Below are positions 36,991-44,426 of a stretch of DNA of 44,426 bases, piece by piece (position 1 is the first letter of the stretch; every line of letters starts with the position of its first letter). The stretch covers positions 1 to 44,426 of the forward strand of contig JBEBGD010000039.1 in assembly GCA_040081625.1 (NCBI GenBank). The letters run 5' to 3'. The DNA is from Chthoniobacteraceae bacterium. GTDB lineage: Bacteria > Verrucomicrobiota > Verrucomicrobiia > Chthoniobacterales > Chthoniobacteraceae. The notes under the pieces are model-generated. The model was not told where the DNA came from. It saw only the letters and a program-made list of their open reading frames with translations, and made no database searches. A program made the translations under genes and the position numbers.

Positions 36991-37199
36991 CAGCGTGCCG
37001 TTCAGCACCTGCTTAGCCATGAAAAAATCTCCATTGGGACGCCATCAACCCCTTCACCGGCAAGCCGTTCACCTGGGACGACCCGAACCTGAAATTCGTC
37101 AACGGCGTCGGCGTCTATCTGGAGCCCGGCGATCCGGGCTTCACGCCGTATCCCGGCCAGGTCATTTCGGTTCAACCACAGCAACCTAGAAAACACACC

Positions 37200-37901
37200 A
37201 TGCCCAAATCCGACTACATGCCCACGGACGACGATGGCAAAGCCAAGCTCTTCGTCCAGTTTCGCGACGATATCGGCGCGCAACTCGCCGCGCTCGGCAT
37301 TGCCGCCACCGACCCCGACATCGTCCAGCAAGCCGCCGACGCCACCCGCTTCCGCGCGGTGGTCGATTTCAGCGGCTCCATGCAGCAGGCCGCCCACGGC
37401 TGGACGGCGGAGAAAAACTACGAGCGCGACGGCGGCGGCACCGCCCCTGCCAGCGAGGCCTTGCCCGTGCTGCCCGCCGGCTTCCCCGCCATGGTGCCGC
37501 CGGGCATCGTCGGCCGCTTCCGCGCGCTGGTGAGGCGGATCAAGGCGATCAAAACCTACACCACCATCGGCGAGAGCCTCGGCATCGAAGGCCCGGAGCA
37601 AACCGGCCCGGACTTGATCACGATCCAGCCGGATTTCGATGCCATGATCAAAGGCAACAATGTCCTATTGGATTGGGATTGGGGCGGCCACAGCGCCTTC
37701 CTCGACATGATCCGGCTGGAAGTCGATCGCGGCGACGGCCACGGCTTCGTCTTCCTCGCCAACGACACCACGCCCGGCTACACCGACACCATGCCCTTCA
37801 CCGCCACGCCGACCAAGTGGACCTACCGCGGCATCTACATCGTCGGCGACGCGCAGGTGGGCGTATGGAGCAAGTCGGTGGTGGTGACGGTGGGGGGATA
37901 G
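37200..37901 (+). CDS. Hypothetical protein (helical N-domain plus C-terminal FN3/Ig-like beta domain)
   Basis: Strong coding-like codon usage; C-terminal FLANDTTPGYTD...WTYRGIY...GVWS pattern; an in-frame 5' extension exists but is cut off by a frameshift (see findings). Confidence 0.85.
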   Translation: MPKSDYMPTDDDGKAKLFVQFRDDIGAQLAALGIAATDPDIVQQAADATRFRAVVDFSGSMQQAAHGWTAEKNYERDGGGTAPASEALPVLPAGFPAMVPPGIVGRFRALVRRIKAIKTYTTIGESLGIEGPEQTGPDLITIQPDFDAMIKGNNVLLDWDWGGHSAFLDMIRLEVDRGDGHGFVFLANDTTPGYTDTMPFTATPTKWTYRGIYIVGDAQVGVWSKSVVVTVGG

Positions 37902-37939
37902 GAGATGCTGCAAGTATTCACGTTCACGAAGTTCAGACC

Positions 37940-38482
37940 ATGAAAACCGATTCACCAGTTATCCTCATCACTCTGCTCTACGCATTCGCCGCTGCGTCCT
38001 ATGGCGAGTCCGCTTACGAACGCGAACTGAAAGAACTCATCGACCAACGCGACAAGGCGATTGCGGCTGCGGCAGTGCCGATTTCCTCTCGTTTCAAAGC
38101 TTCAGCAGAGCAGTTGCTTCAACGGGCAACTCGGAACGGCGATTTGGACGCGGCCACCAAAATAAAAGCTGCCATCGCGGCTGACACTGCCCCCGACAAG
38201 CCGAGTTCGACCAGAGACTTCATCAAGAACACCGTTTGGGGATGGTTTTTTCCCGATGGGAAGAAATACGGCACCGTCAAATTAGAAGAGAATGGAAAGG
38301 TAACTACCGGGCTTCCATTTCCGACACGCTGGGAGTGGGCTGGAGCCGCGCAATTCAAGATTTTTGACGACAAAAACGGGTTCTGGGTCTTCCACTATGA
38401 CCCCGCCACCAAAGAGGCCACCAATATCAAATTCGCCGGAGGCAAGTCCGAGGGTAAGTTTCTTCGTCCGGAGAGTAAGTGA
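37940..38482 (+). CDS. Secreted hypothetical protein
   Basis: Signal peptide, helical LLQRATRNGDLDAATKIKA segment; visibly lower GC than neighbours. Confidence 0.75.
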   Translation: MKTDSPVILITLLYAFAAASYGESAYERELKELIDQRDKAIAAAAVPISSRFKASAEQLLQRATRNGDLDAATKIKAAIAADTAPDKPSSTRDFIKNTVWGWFFPDGKKYGTVKLEENGKVTTGLPFPTRWEWAGAAQFKIFDDKNGFWVFHYDPATKEATNIKFAGGKSEGKFLRPESK

Positions 38483-38814
38483 AAGGATCGGTTAACTTGC
38501 GGGCCAAGGCGCGAAGGGGTCGTGAGAGAATGGCATGAACTTAAGCGCACCTACGGAGGAACGTTTCTCTGTCAAAGGAGCCGTTGTCCTTGTTGAGTGC
38601 AGCTTGTCGATCCGGGTGGAACCGAGCCGCCATGCTGCGTGGTGAGTTGCGCCGCATCAACTCACGCATCCCGCGGGACGTGGCCCGGACGGGCGCAGCC
38701 AACAGGGTAAAAATCATCCCGAATCGCCTTAAGTTCATGCCATTCGGGTCGTGAGAATATTCATGCTGTCCCCCATGCGTTGACGTTCCGCGCCGCCGCG
38801 TGCAACCTGCGGGC

Positions 38815-38928
38815 ATGAGCATCACCGCCATCGTCGAGAACGACACGATCAAGCTGCTCGTTCACGTGCCCGACGGGACGCGGGTGGAGATTGCGCGACC
38901 GTATGCCATGCGTATCCTGCGAAGATGA
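38815..38928 (+). pseudogene. Truncated antitoxin-like (AbrB/DUF104-type) mini-ORF, 37 aa
   Basis: MSITAIVENDTIKLLVHVPDGTRVEI...; TTGACG-N17-CAACCT upstream; stop overlaps the next ATG (ATGA). Family call is from recollection. Confidence 0.55.
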
Positions 38929-39143
38929 TCGAAGACATCCGAAGGCTTCTCGACGCGGCGCCTTTCCGCTCGTTCACCATCCATTTGGCGGACGGGCGAA
39001 CCGTTCAAGTGCGGCATCCGGACTTCGTCTTCCCCGGCCACTTCGGCAGTGTCGTGATCGAAGGTGAACGTGGCGGCTTCGACATCGTCTCGGCCGGAAT
39101 GATCACCGGCCTGAAGATCGAGGAAGAAGCGCCGCGGGCCTGA
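38925..39143 (+). CDS. Small hypothetical protein, paralog of 21411-21650
   Basis: MIEDIRRLLDAAPFRSFTIHLADGRTVQVRHPDFV; TATCCT 12 nt upstream of the ATG. Confidence 0.82.
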   Translation: MIEDIRRLLDAAPFRSFTIHLADGRTVQVRHPDFVFPGHFGSVVIEGERGGFDIVSAGMITGLKIEEEAPRA

Positions 39144-39150
39144 GCAGGCC

Positions 39151-40023
39151 CTACCGCACGAACCCGCGCAGCTTCAGCCAGAAGAGGAGGTCCTTTGCCC
39201 ACGGATGCACGTCGTCGGCGGGGATGCCGTTCTTTCCCTGGCTCAGGCCGATGCCGTGCGGGCCGCGCTCGTAGATGTGGAAGTCGAAGGGGACGCCGTT
39301 GCGGCGCAGCGCGGCGACGAACTGCATGGAGTTCTCTACCGGCACGGCTTTGTCCTCGAGCGTGCTCCACACGAAGCAGGGCGGGGTGTCCTTGGTGACC
39401 TGCTTTTCGTTGGAGAGGTTTTCGACGAGCGCGGGGTCGGGGTTTTCGCCGAGCAGGTTCTTCTTCGAGCCCTGGTGCGTGAACTCGCCGAGCGTGATGA
39501 CTCCGTAGCAGACGATGCCGATGTCGGGGCGCGAACTCTGCCGCTCGATGGGGTCGGTGTCGTTTGGCTTCCCCGCGTCGAAGTGCGTGAGCAGGGTGGT
39601 GGTGAGGTGGCCGCCGGCGCTGCTGCCCATGATGCCGATGCGCGCGGGGTCGAGCTTCCACTCGGCGACGCGGGAGCGCACGAGCCGCACAGCGCGGGCG
39701 GCGTCGCCGAGCATGATGGGATGGCGGTAGCCTTTCGAGCCGAGCCGGTATTTGAGGACGAAGCAGGCGATGCCCTGCTGCGAGAGATACTCCGCATAGC
39801 CGGGGCCTTCGTGCGCGGCGAGTCCGCCGTAGCCGCCGCCGGGGCAGATGACGATGGCGGCGCCGGTGGCTTTCTCCGGCGCGGGCAGGTAGGGGGTGAT
39901 CGTCGGTTTGTCGTGATCCTCGTCGCCGAGGGCGCCGGGGGCTTTGTCGGGCCAGAGCAGGATGGGATCGAGCGGCGCGGCGTGGACGGCGGTGGCGAGG
40001 ACGAGCAGGGCGAGGAGGCGCAT
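39151..40023 (-). CDS. Secreted alpha/beta hydrolase (carbohydrate esterase-like)
   Basis: ICPGGGY, GSSAGGHL nucleophile elbow, D and HG catalytic residues. Confidence 0.92.
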   Translation of the reverse strand: MRLLALLVLATAVHAAPLDPILLWPDKAPGALGDEDHDKPTITPYLPAPEKATGAAIVICPGGGYGGLAAHEGPGYAEYLSQQGIACFVLKYRLGSKGYRHPIMLGDAARAVRLVRSRVAEWKLDPARIGIMGSSAGGHLTTTLLTHFDAGKPNDTDPIERQSSRPDIGIVCYGVITLGEFTHQGSKKNLLGENPDPALVENLSNEKQVTKDTPPCFVWSTLEDKAVPVENSMQFVAALRRNGVPFDFHIYERGPHGIGLSQGKNGIPADDVHPWAKDLLFWLKLRGFVR

Positions 40024-40032
40024 GGTGGAAGA

Positions 40033-41886
40033 TTACTCGACGCGGCGCAGGCTCAGGTGCTGGAGCGCGAAGCTCTTGTCGGGGAGCGTGAGGCGGACGG
40101 TGATCGTCTGTTCGCCGGGGGTGAGGTTCACGCGACCGAGGGAAAGCGCGTGCCATTCGGAGTCGGGCGACTCGCTGTTGCGCGGCGCGCGATCGGGCTG
40201 GGGGATGGCCTTGGCGATCGCCTGTGGCACGGCGACTTCGACGGCCTGGCCGCCGGTCTCGGCGCGCAGCTTGAGCGCGGGTTCGGCCAGGTCGCGGTTG
40301 AAGGAGATGCCGATTTCGTAAGGGCCGGGCTGGGCGACGGCGACGGTCCACTCGGCGCGGGCGTCGGCGCCATCCCAGCCGATGATCCACGCGTTGTTCG
40401 GCGCCTTGGTGTTGTATTTGAGGCCGCCGATGAGTTCGGCTTGCGCGGCGCTGGCCTCGACGATGGGCTCGGCGCGATGGCCCACGGGCACGGGCGGGCG
40501 GTCGCGGGTGACGCCGGCGGAGGTGAGGCTCCACCAGCGCTCGAACTTCGCGGAGAGGTCATCGACGATCATGCGCGCGTCGCCGTTCTTCGCGAGGTCG
40601 GTCTGCTGGCCGGGATCTTTTTGGAGGTCGTAGAGTTCCCAGTCGCGACCGTTGTTCACGGCGGTGAAACGCTGCGTGATGACGGTGCCCTGCGTGCGCT
40701 GGAGGTCGCTGCGGGCGCGGTTCTGGATGAAGATCTCGCGCTCGGGCCAGACGCCGGGGCTGCCTTCGAGCAGCGGGACGAGGCTGCGGCCATCGATCGG
40801 GAAGTTGGTCTTCGGCTTCGTGCCGGTCAGCTCGCAGACGGTGGGGAGGATGTCGATGGCGTGGGCGAGCGTGGAGACGACGCGCGCTTCCTTCAGCCGC
40901 GCGGGCCAGCGGACGAGAAGCGGAGTGCGTGAGCCGCCTTCGTAGAGGCTGCCTTTTTTCCCACGCAGGCCGGCGGTGTAGCGGTCGCCGTTGGGGCCGT
41001 TGTCGGTGAGGAAGATGACGATGGTGTTCTCCGCGAGCTGCCATTCGTCGAGCTTGGCCAGCGCGCGGCCGATGTTGGTGTCGATGTTTTCGACCATGCC
41101 GTAGATGCACGCGAGCGCGTCATCGAGGCCGCGGGCCTTGTATTTGGCGAACTCGCGGTCGGGGCACTGATACGGAGTGTGCGGGGCGTTGAAGGGCAGG
41201 TAGCAGAGCCACGGCTGCGCGCGGTTTTTGCCGATGAACTCGATGGCGGCGTCGGTGAGCACGTCGGAGATGTAGCCGGTGCCTTTGGTCCAGCCGGCGT
41301 TATGGCGCAGGCGCGGGTCGAAGTAGTTGTTCCAGTGGCCGAGGTTGAAACCGAGGGCTTCATCGAAGCCCTGGCCGTTCGGGGTGTAGGGGTAGTTCTC
41401 GCCGTTGTGCCACTTGCCGAAAAGGCCGGTGCGATAGCCGGCCTTGCGCAGGATCTCGGCGATGGTCGTTTCCTCGCTGCGCAGCGTCTCCTCGCCGCGC
41501 GCCACGCCATGCACGCCGCCCTGCAGAGGGTAGCGGCCGGTGAGCAGCGCGGCGCGCGTCGGCGCGCAGAACGGGGTGACGTAGAAGCGGTCGAAGCGGA
41601 CCGACTGCGCGGCGAGCTTATCGAGGACCGGCGTGTCGAGCTGCTTGTTGCCGGTGAAGCCGAAGTCGCCGTAGCCCTGGTCGTCGGTGATGATGAGGAG
41701 GACGTTGGGTTGCGCGGCGGAGGCCGACTGCGCGGGGCTGAACGCCAAACGCCAAACGCCAAACGCCAAACACCAAAGGAGTGCGCGCGCCACGCGTCTT
41801 CCGCTCCGCCGCCAACCATTTAAGGTTTGGCGTTTGGCGTTTGGCGTTTGGCGTTTAGCGCCGCAGGCAGGGTCGCTGGTCTTCAT
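40033..41886 (-). CDS. Arylsulfatase (formylglycine-dependent S1 family)
   Basis: PNVLLIITDDQG, CAPTRAALLTG (CxPxR), GKWH, TDNG, KGSLYEGG; start either ATG 41886 or GTG 41793. Confidence 0.95.
   Translation of the reverse strand: MKTSDPACGAKRQTPNAKRQTLNGWRRSGRRVARALLWCLAFGVWRLAFSPAQSASAAQPNVLLIITDDQGYGDFGFTGNKQLDTPVLDKLAAQSVRFDRFYVTPFCAPTRAALLTGRYPLQGGVHGVARGEETLRSEETTIAEILRKAGYRTGLFGKWHNGENYPYTPNGQGFDEALGFNLGHWNNYFDPRLRHNAGWTKGTGYISDVLTDAAIEFIGKNRAQPWLCYLPFNAPHTPYQCPDREFAKYKARGLDDALACIYGMVENIDTNIGRALAKLDEWQLAENTIVIFLTDNGPNGDRYTAGLRGKKGSLYEGGSRTPLLVRWPARLKEARVVSTLAHAIDILPTVCELTGTKPKTNFPIDGRSLVPLLEGSPGVWPEREIFIQNRARSDLQRTQGTVITQRFTAVNNGRDWELYDLQKDPGQQTDLAKNGDARMIVDDLSAKFERWWSLTSAGVTRDRPPVPVGHRAEPIVEASAAQAELIGGLKYNTKAPNNAWIIGWDGADARAEWTVAVAQPGPYEIGISFNRDLAEPALKLRAETGGQAVEVAVPQAIAKAIPQPDRAPRNSESPDSEWHALSLGRVNLTPGEQTITVRLTLPDKSFALQHLSLRRVE
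41741..41868. repeat. Heptamer inverted-arm element E3: (AAACGCC)x5 - spacer - (TTTGGCG)x5 - GCCGCAGGC, at the sulfatase 5' end
   Basis: A-arm 41741-41777, T-arm 41826-41860; shares a 31-nt stretch including the AAACACC variant with E1. Confidence 0.95.
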
Positions 41887-41922
41887 GCGATGAGCGTCTC
41901 CGCGCGCGTCGGCAGAAACGGC

Positions 41923-43416
41923 CTACACTTTCTCCGGCACCACGTAAGGCTTTCGATAATCGCGCGTGAGCATCTTGTCGGCGGCGGCGTTCTTCACGAA
42001 CTTCTCCGTCTTCGGATCCATCTTGAGGAACTCGCCGAGGGTGAGCTTGTCGGTCTTCACATCGACGCCATTGGCAGCGAGATGCTCGATCATGCGGCCG
42101 AGTGAATCGGTGGCTTCCTTGTCGGCCTTGAGCTTCTCGCGGATCGCGCCCTGGTCGGCTTTCGCGCCGAGGCGATACGAGATGTTGCCCGTGTGGCAGA
42201 GCGCGCTCGAGAGGTGGCCTTCGAGAATGTCGGCATTAAGGTCGGTGTGCTTCCGGCTCTTCACCGCGTCGATGAAGTTCGAGAAGTGCGTGTCTTCCTT
42301 GTTGGTCTTCTCGGGTCCGCCGGGATCGGTCTGGCCTTTCGGCGTCTTGAAGCTGCCGAAGCGCTTGATGAGCTTGCCTGAGTTGTCGAAGACGCCCGCG
42401 CCGGTGTAGCTCGGGATCACGACGTAGCCATTCTCGCACTGCACGATCACGCCGATGCTGGCGTCGCGGTATTTGTCCATCTCCTTGGAGTCGGTCTTGT
42501 CGGGCAACCCGCGCACTTCGAAGATGAGCGGCGCCTTGTAGCCGTGCATGATGATCTGCGTGTTCGGCGTCTCGCCGTCGTCGATGTAGCTGAGGCGGCC
42601 GCCGACGCTGAGGATCGAGGGGGAAAGCTCGGGCTCGTTGAGAAACCAGCGCGCGATATCCATCTGGTGGATGCCCTGGTTGCCGAGGTCGCCATTGCCG
42701 TAGTCCCACTGCCAGTGCCAGTCGTAGTGGAGCTTCGTGCGCATGAGCGGCTTGATCTGCGCGGGGCCGAACCAGAGATCCTTGTCGATGGTCTGCGGCC
42801 ACGGCGTTTCCTCGGTCACCTTGCCGATGCTCGGGCGGCGTTTGTAGCAGAGCCCGCGCGCCCACTTGATCTTGCCGAGGTTGCCCGCCTTCACCCACTT
42901 CTGCGCCTCGCGCAGTCCGATCGACGAACGGCTCTGCGTGCCGGTCTGGCAGATCTTGCCATACTTGCGCGCGGCCTCGACGACCTTGCGACCCTCGAAG
43001 ACGTTATGCGACACGGGCTTCTCGACATACACGTCCTTGCCCGCCTGGACGCCCCAGATCGAGATGAGCGAGTGCCAGTGGTTCGGCGTCGCGGTGCTGA
43101 TCGCGTCGATGTCTTTGTTCTCGAGAAGCTTTCGGACATCGGTGTAGCCCTCGACGTTGATGTCTTTCTTCGCGAGCGAAGCCTTGCCCTTTTCGAGCAC
43201 GCCGTAGTCGGCGTCGCAAAGCCCGACGATCCGCACACCTTCGATGCCGCTGAAGCCGGCGATGTGCGAGTTGCCGCGACCGTTGAAGCCGATGACGGCG
43301 ATGCGGATGGCGGAGTTCGAGCCCGGCGCTTGCGCGTAGATCTTGGCGGGCAACGACAGCGCGGCGCCTGCGGCGAGGCTGCGCTGGAGGAAGGAACGAC
43401 GGGTCAGTTTTGGCAT
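41923..43416 (-). CDS. Tat-exported Gfo/Idh/MocA family oxidoreductase
   Basis: TRRSFL signal, IAVIGFNGRG, ATPNHWH, GKDVYVEKP, NQGIHQMD. Confidence 0.94.
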   Translation of the reverse strand: MPKLTRRSFLQRSLAAGAALSLPAKIYAQAPGSNSAIRIAVIGFNGRGNSHIAGFSGIEGVRIVGLCDADYGVLEKGKASLAKKDINVEGYTDVRKLLENKDIDAISTATPNHWHSLISIWGVQAGKDVYVEKPVSHNVFEGRKVVEAARKYGKICQTGTQSRSSIGLREAQKWVKAGNLGKIKWARGLCYKRRPSIGKVTEETPWPQTIDKDLWFGPAQIKPLMRTKLHYDWHWQWDYGNGDLGNQGIHQMDIARWFLNEPELSPSILSVGGRLSYIDDGETPNTQIIMHGYKAPLIFEVRGLPDKTDSKEMDKYRDASIGVIVQCENGYVVIPSYTGAGVFDNSGKLIKRFGSFKTPKGQTDPGGPEKTNKEDTHFSNFIDAVKSRKHTDLNADILEGHLSSALCHTGNISYRLGAKADQGAIREKLKADKEATDSLGRMIEHLAANGVDVKTDKLTLGEFLKMDPKTEKFVKNAAADKMLTRDYRKPYVVPEKV

Positions 43417-43431
43417 GGTAGTGGGGTGGGT

Positions 43432-44418
43432 TTAGTGAGTGTCCTTGGCGTAAGCTTCGAATCGCGCGGCGAGCTTTGCCACATCGGGTTCAGCTTGCTG
43501 GATGAGGAAGCGATACTTGAGCGTGAGCGTCTGGCCGGGCTTGAGGGTGACGTTGCCCGTGCCTGCCGGCAAGGCCTTGTCCATCGTGCTTCCGGCAAAG
43601 GGATTCGCGGCGAAGAGACCGTAGTCGCGCGCGTGCCAGCGCGTCGGGTGGCTCGCGTTCTTCGGGTGATCGAACATCGCGATCGAGTAAGGCTTCCCAT
43701 CGATCGGCCCGCTCATCACCACCCACTTCGCTGGCTTGCCCCACGCGTCCGCATTCTTGAGTCCTTCGCTGCTGAGGATCTGGCCGGAGCCCGCCGGATG
43801 ACCCTTCGCCCGCTTCACGCGCATCGATTCCGCGATGCGGATCGCCATCGTGCCTTCCTTCGTTTCGCCGAAGACCACGTCCTTCTCACCGGCGGTGAGC
43901 GCGACCTCGAAGTCGAACTGCCGCTCGGTGTCCGGTGTGGAGAAAACCACCAGCCGCTGCGTGCTCGTGAGCGGCACGCTCTTGTCGGGCGCGATCCATT
44001 TCATCGTCGAGAGCACTTCGCCCGACTTCTTCCCGCCCTCGGCCTTCACGACCTTTTCGTGGACGATCTGGCCGACGGGAATCTTGGGCGCCTTGTTTCC
44101 GAACGTCCGCGCCTCGCTCCAATAATCGACGCCATTGACCAGCCCGTGCGCGAACCACACCGAGCGATGGTGGATGTGATCGGTCTCCTCGCCGGGCACT
44201 TCATCCATCGGATACGCGCGCGTCATCTTCGCGGCGCTGGGACCGATGATCGGGTAAAAGCAAACGTGCGGCGTGCCCGTGTAGCGCAGCTCGGTGAAAA
44301 GTTTGCCGTCCAGCTCCACGCGCACGCGGTCGTCGAGTTGCTTGACGCTCACCTCTGCCAGCGCGGACGACGCGGCGACGAGGAAAAGGGCGGGGAGGAG
44401 GCGGGCGGGATTCGGCAT
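43432..44418 (-). CDS. DUF6807 / 'PmoA family'-annotated secreted protein
   Basis: DHIHHRSVWF, FGETKEG..AIR, WHARDYGLFAANPF motifs; signal peptide. Confidence 0.85.
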   Translation of the reverse strand: MPNPARLLPALFLVAASSALAEVSVKQLDDRVRVELDGKLFTELRYTGTPHVCFYPIIGPSAAKMTRAYPMDEVPGEETDHIHHRSVWFAHGLVNGVDYWSEARTFGNKAPKIPVGQIVHEKVVKAEGGKKSGEVLSTMKWIAPDKSVPLTSTQRLVVFSTPDTERQFDFEVALTAGEKDVVFGETKEGTMAIRIAESMRVKRAKGHPAGSGQILSSEGLKNADAWGKPAKWVVMSGPIDGKPYSIAMFDHPKNASHPTRWHARDYGLFAANPFAGSTMDKALPAGTGNVTLKPGQTLTLKYRFLIQQAEPDVAKLAARFEAYAKDTH

Positions 44419-44426
44419 GGGGTGCG

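Noticed and set aside
43432..44418. Methane monooxygenase subunit, suggested by the 'PmoA family' label
   Set aside because: Soluble secreted protein without pMMO membrane helices and no pmoB/pmoC; the label is a database family name only

Overview
High-GC bacterial chromosomal segment, almost certainly Verrucomicrobiota and probably Chthoniobacterales-like (PVC signature small basic protein, fused NuoEF, verrucomicrobial-style hypothetical families; the lineage call is an inference). Contents in order: rhomboid protease, divergent xylose isomerase-like enzyme, PVC signature protein (missed by the ORF track), pseudopilin-like gene, tRNA-Gly(CCC), an accessory block (SOUL, DUF2867-type SDR, photolyase, SRPBCC, Tat metallophosphoesterase, phage-like pseudogene, RtcB), a partial complex I operon nuoEF-G-H-I-J-K-L-M-N preceded by a perfect Rex-type palindrome, a histone-like/SWIB pair, glpQ, moaE/D-moeA-moaC-mogA, desaturase, DUF1080, proC, TPR, cysC, D,D-carboxypeptidase, response regulator, bioF, a small accessory patch, and a minus-strand hydrolase/sulfatase/oxidoreductase run. 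The most unusual signal is a family of about 125-145 bp hairpin elements built from inverted (TTTGGCG)n/(AAACGCC)n heptamer arms with GCA-triloop mini-hairpins (3 copies). Two sit at the nuoK-L and nuoL-M junctions, and an antisense mini-gene occupies nuoM-N. Each of these three inserts is spanned by a stop-free 'bridge' ORF that starts overlapping the upstream stop codon and ends at or near the downstream start. The third repeat copy supplies the hydrophobic core of a sulfatase signal peptide.
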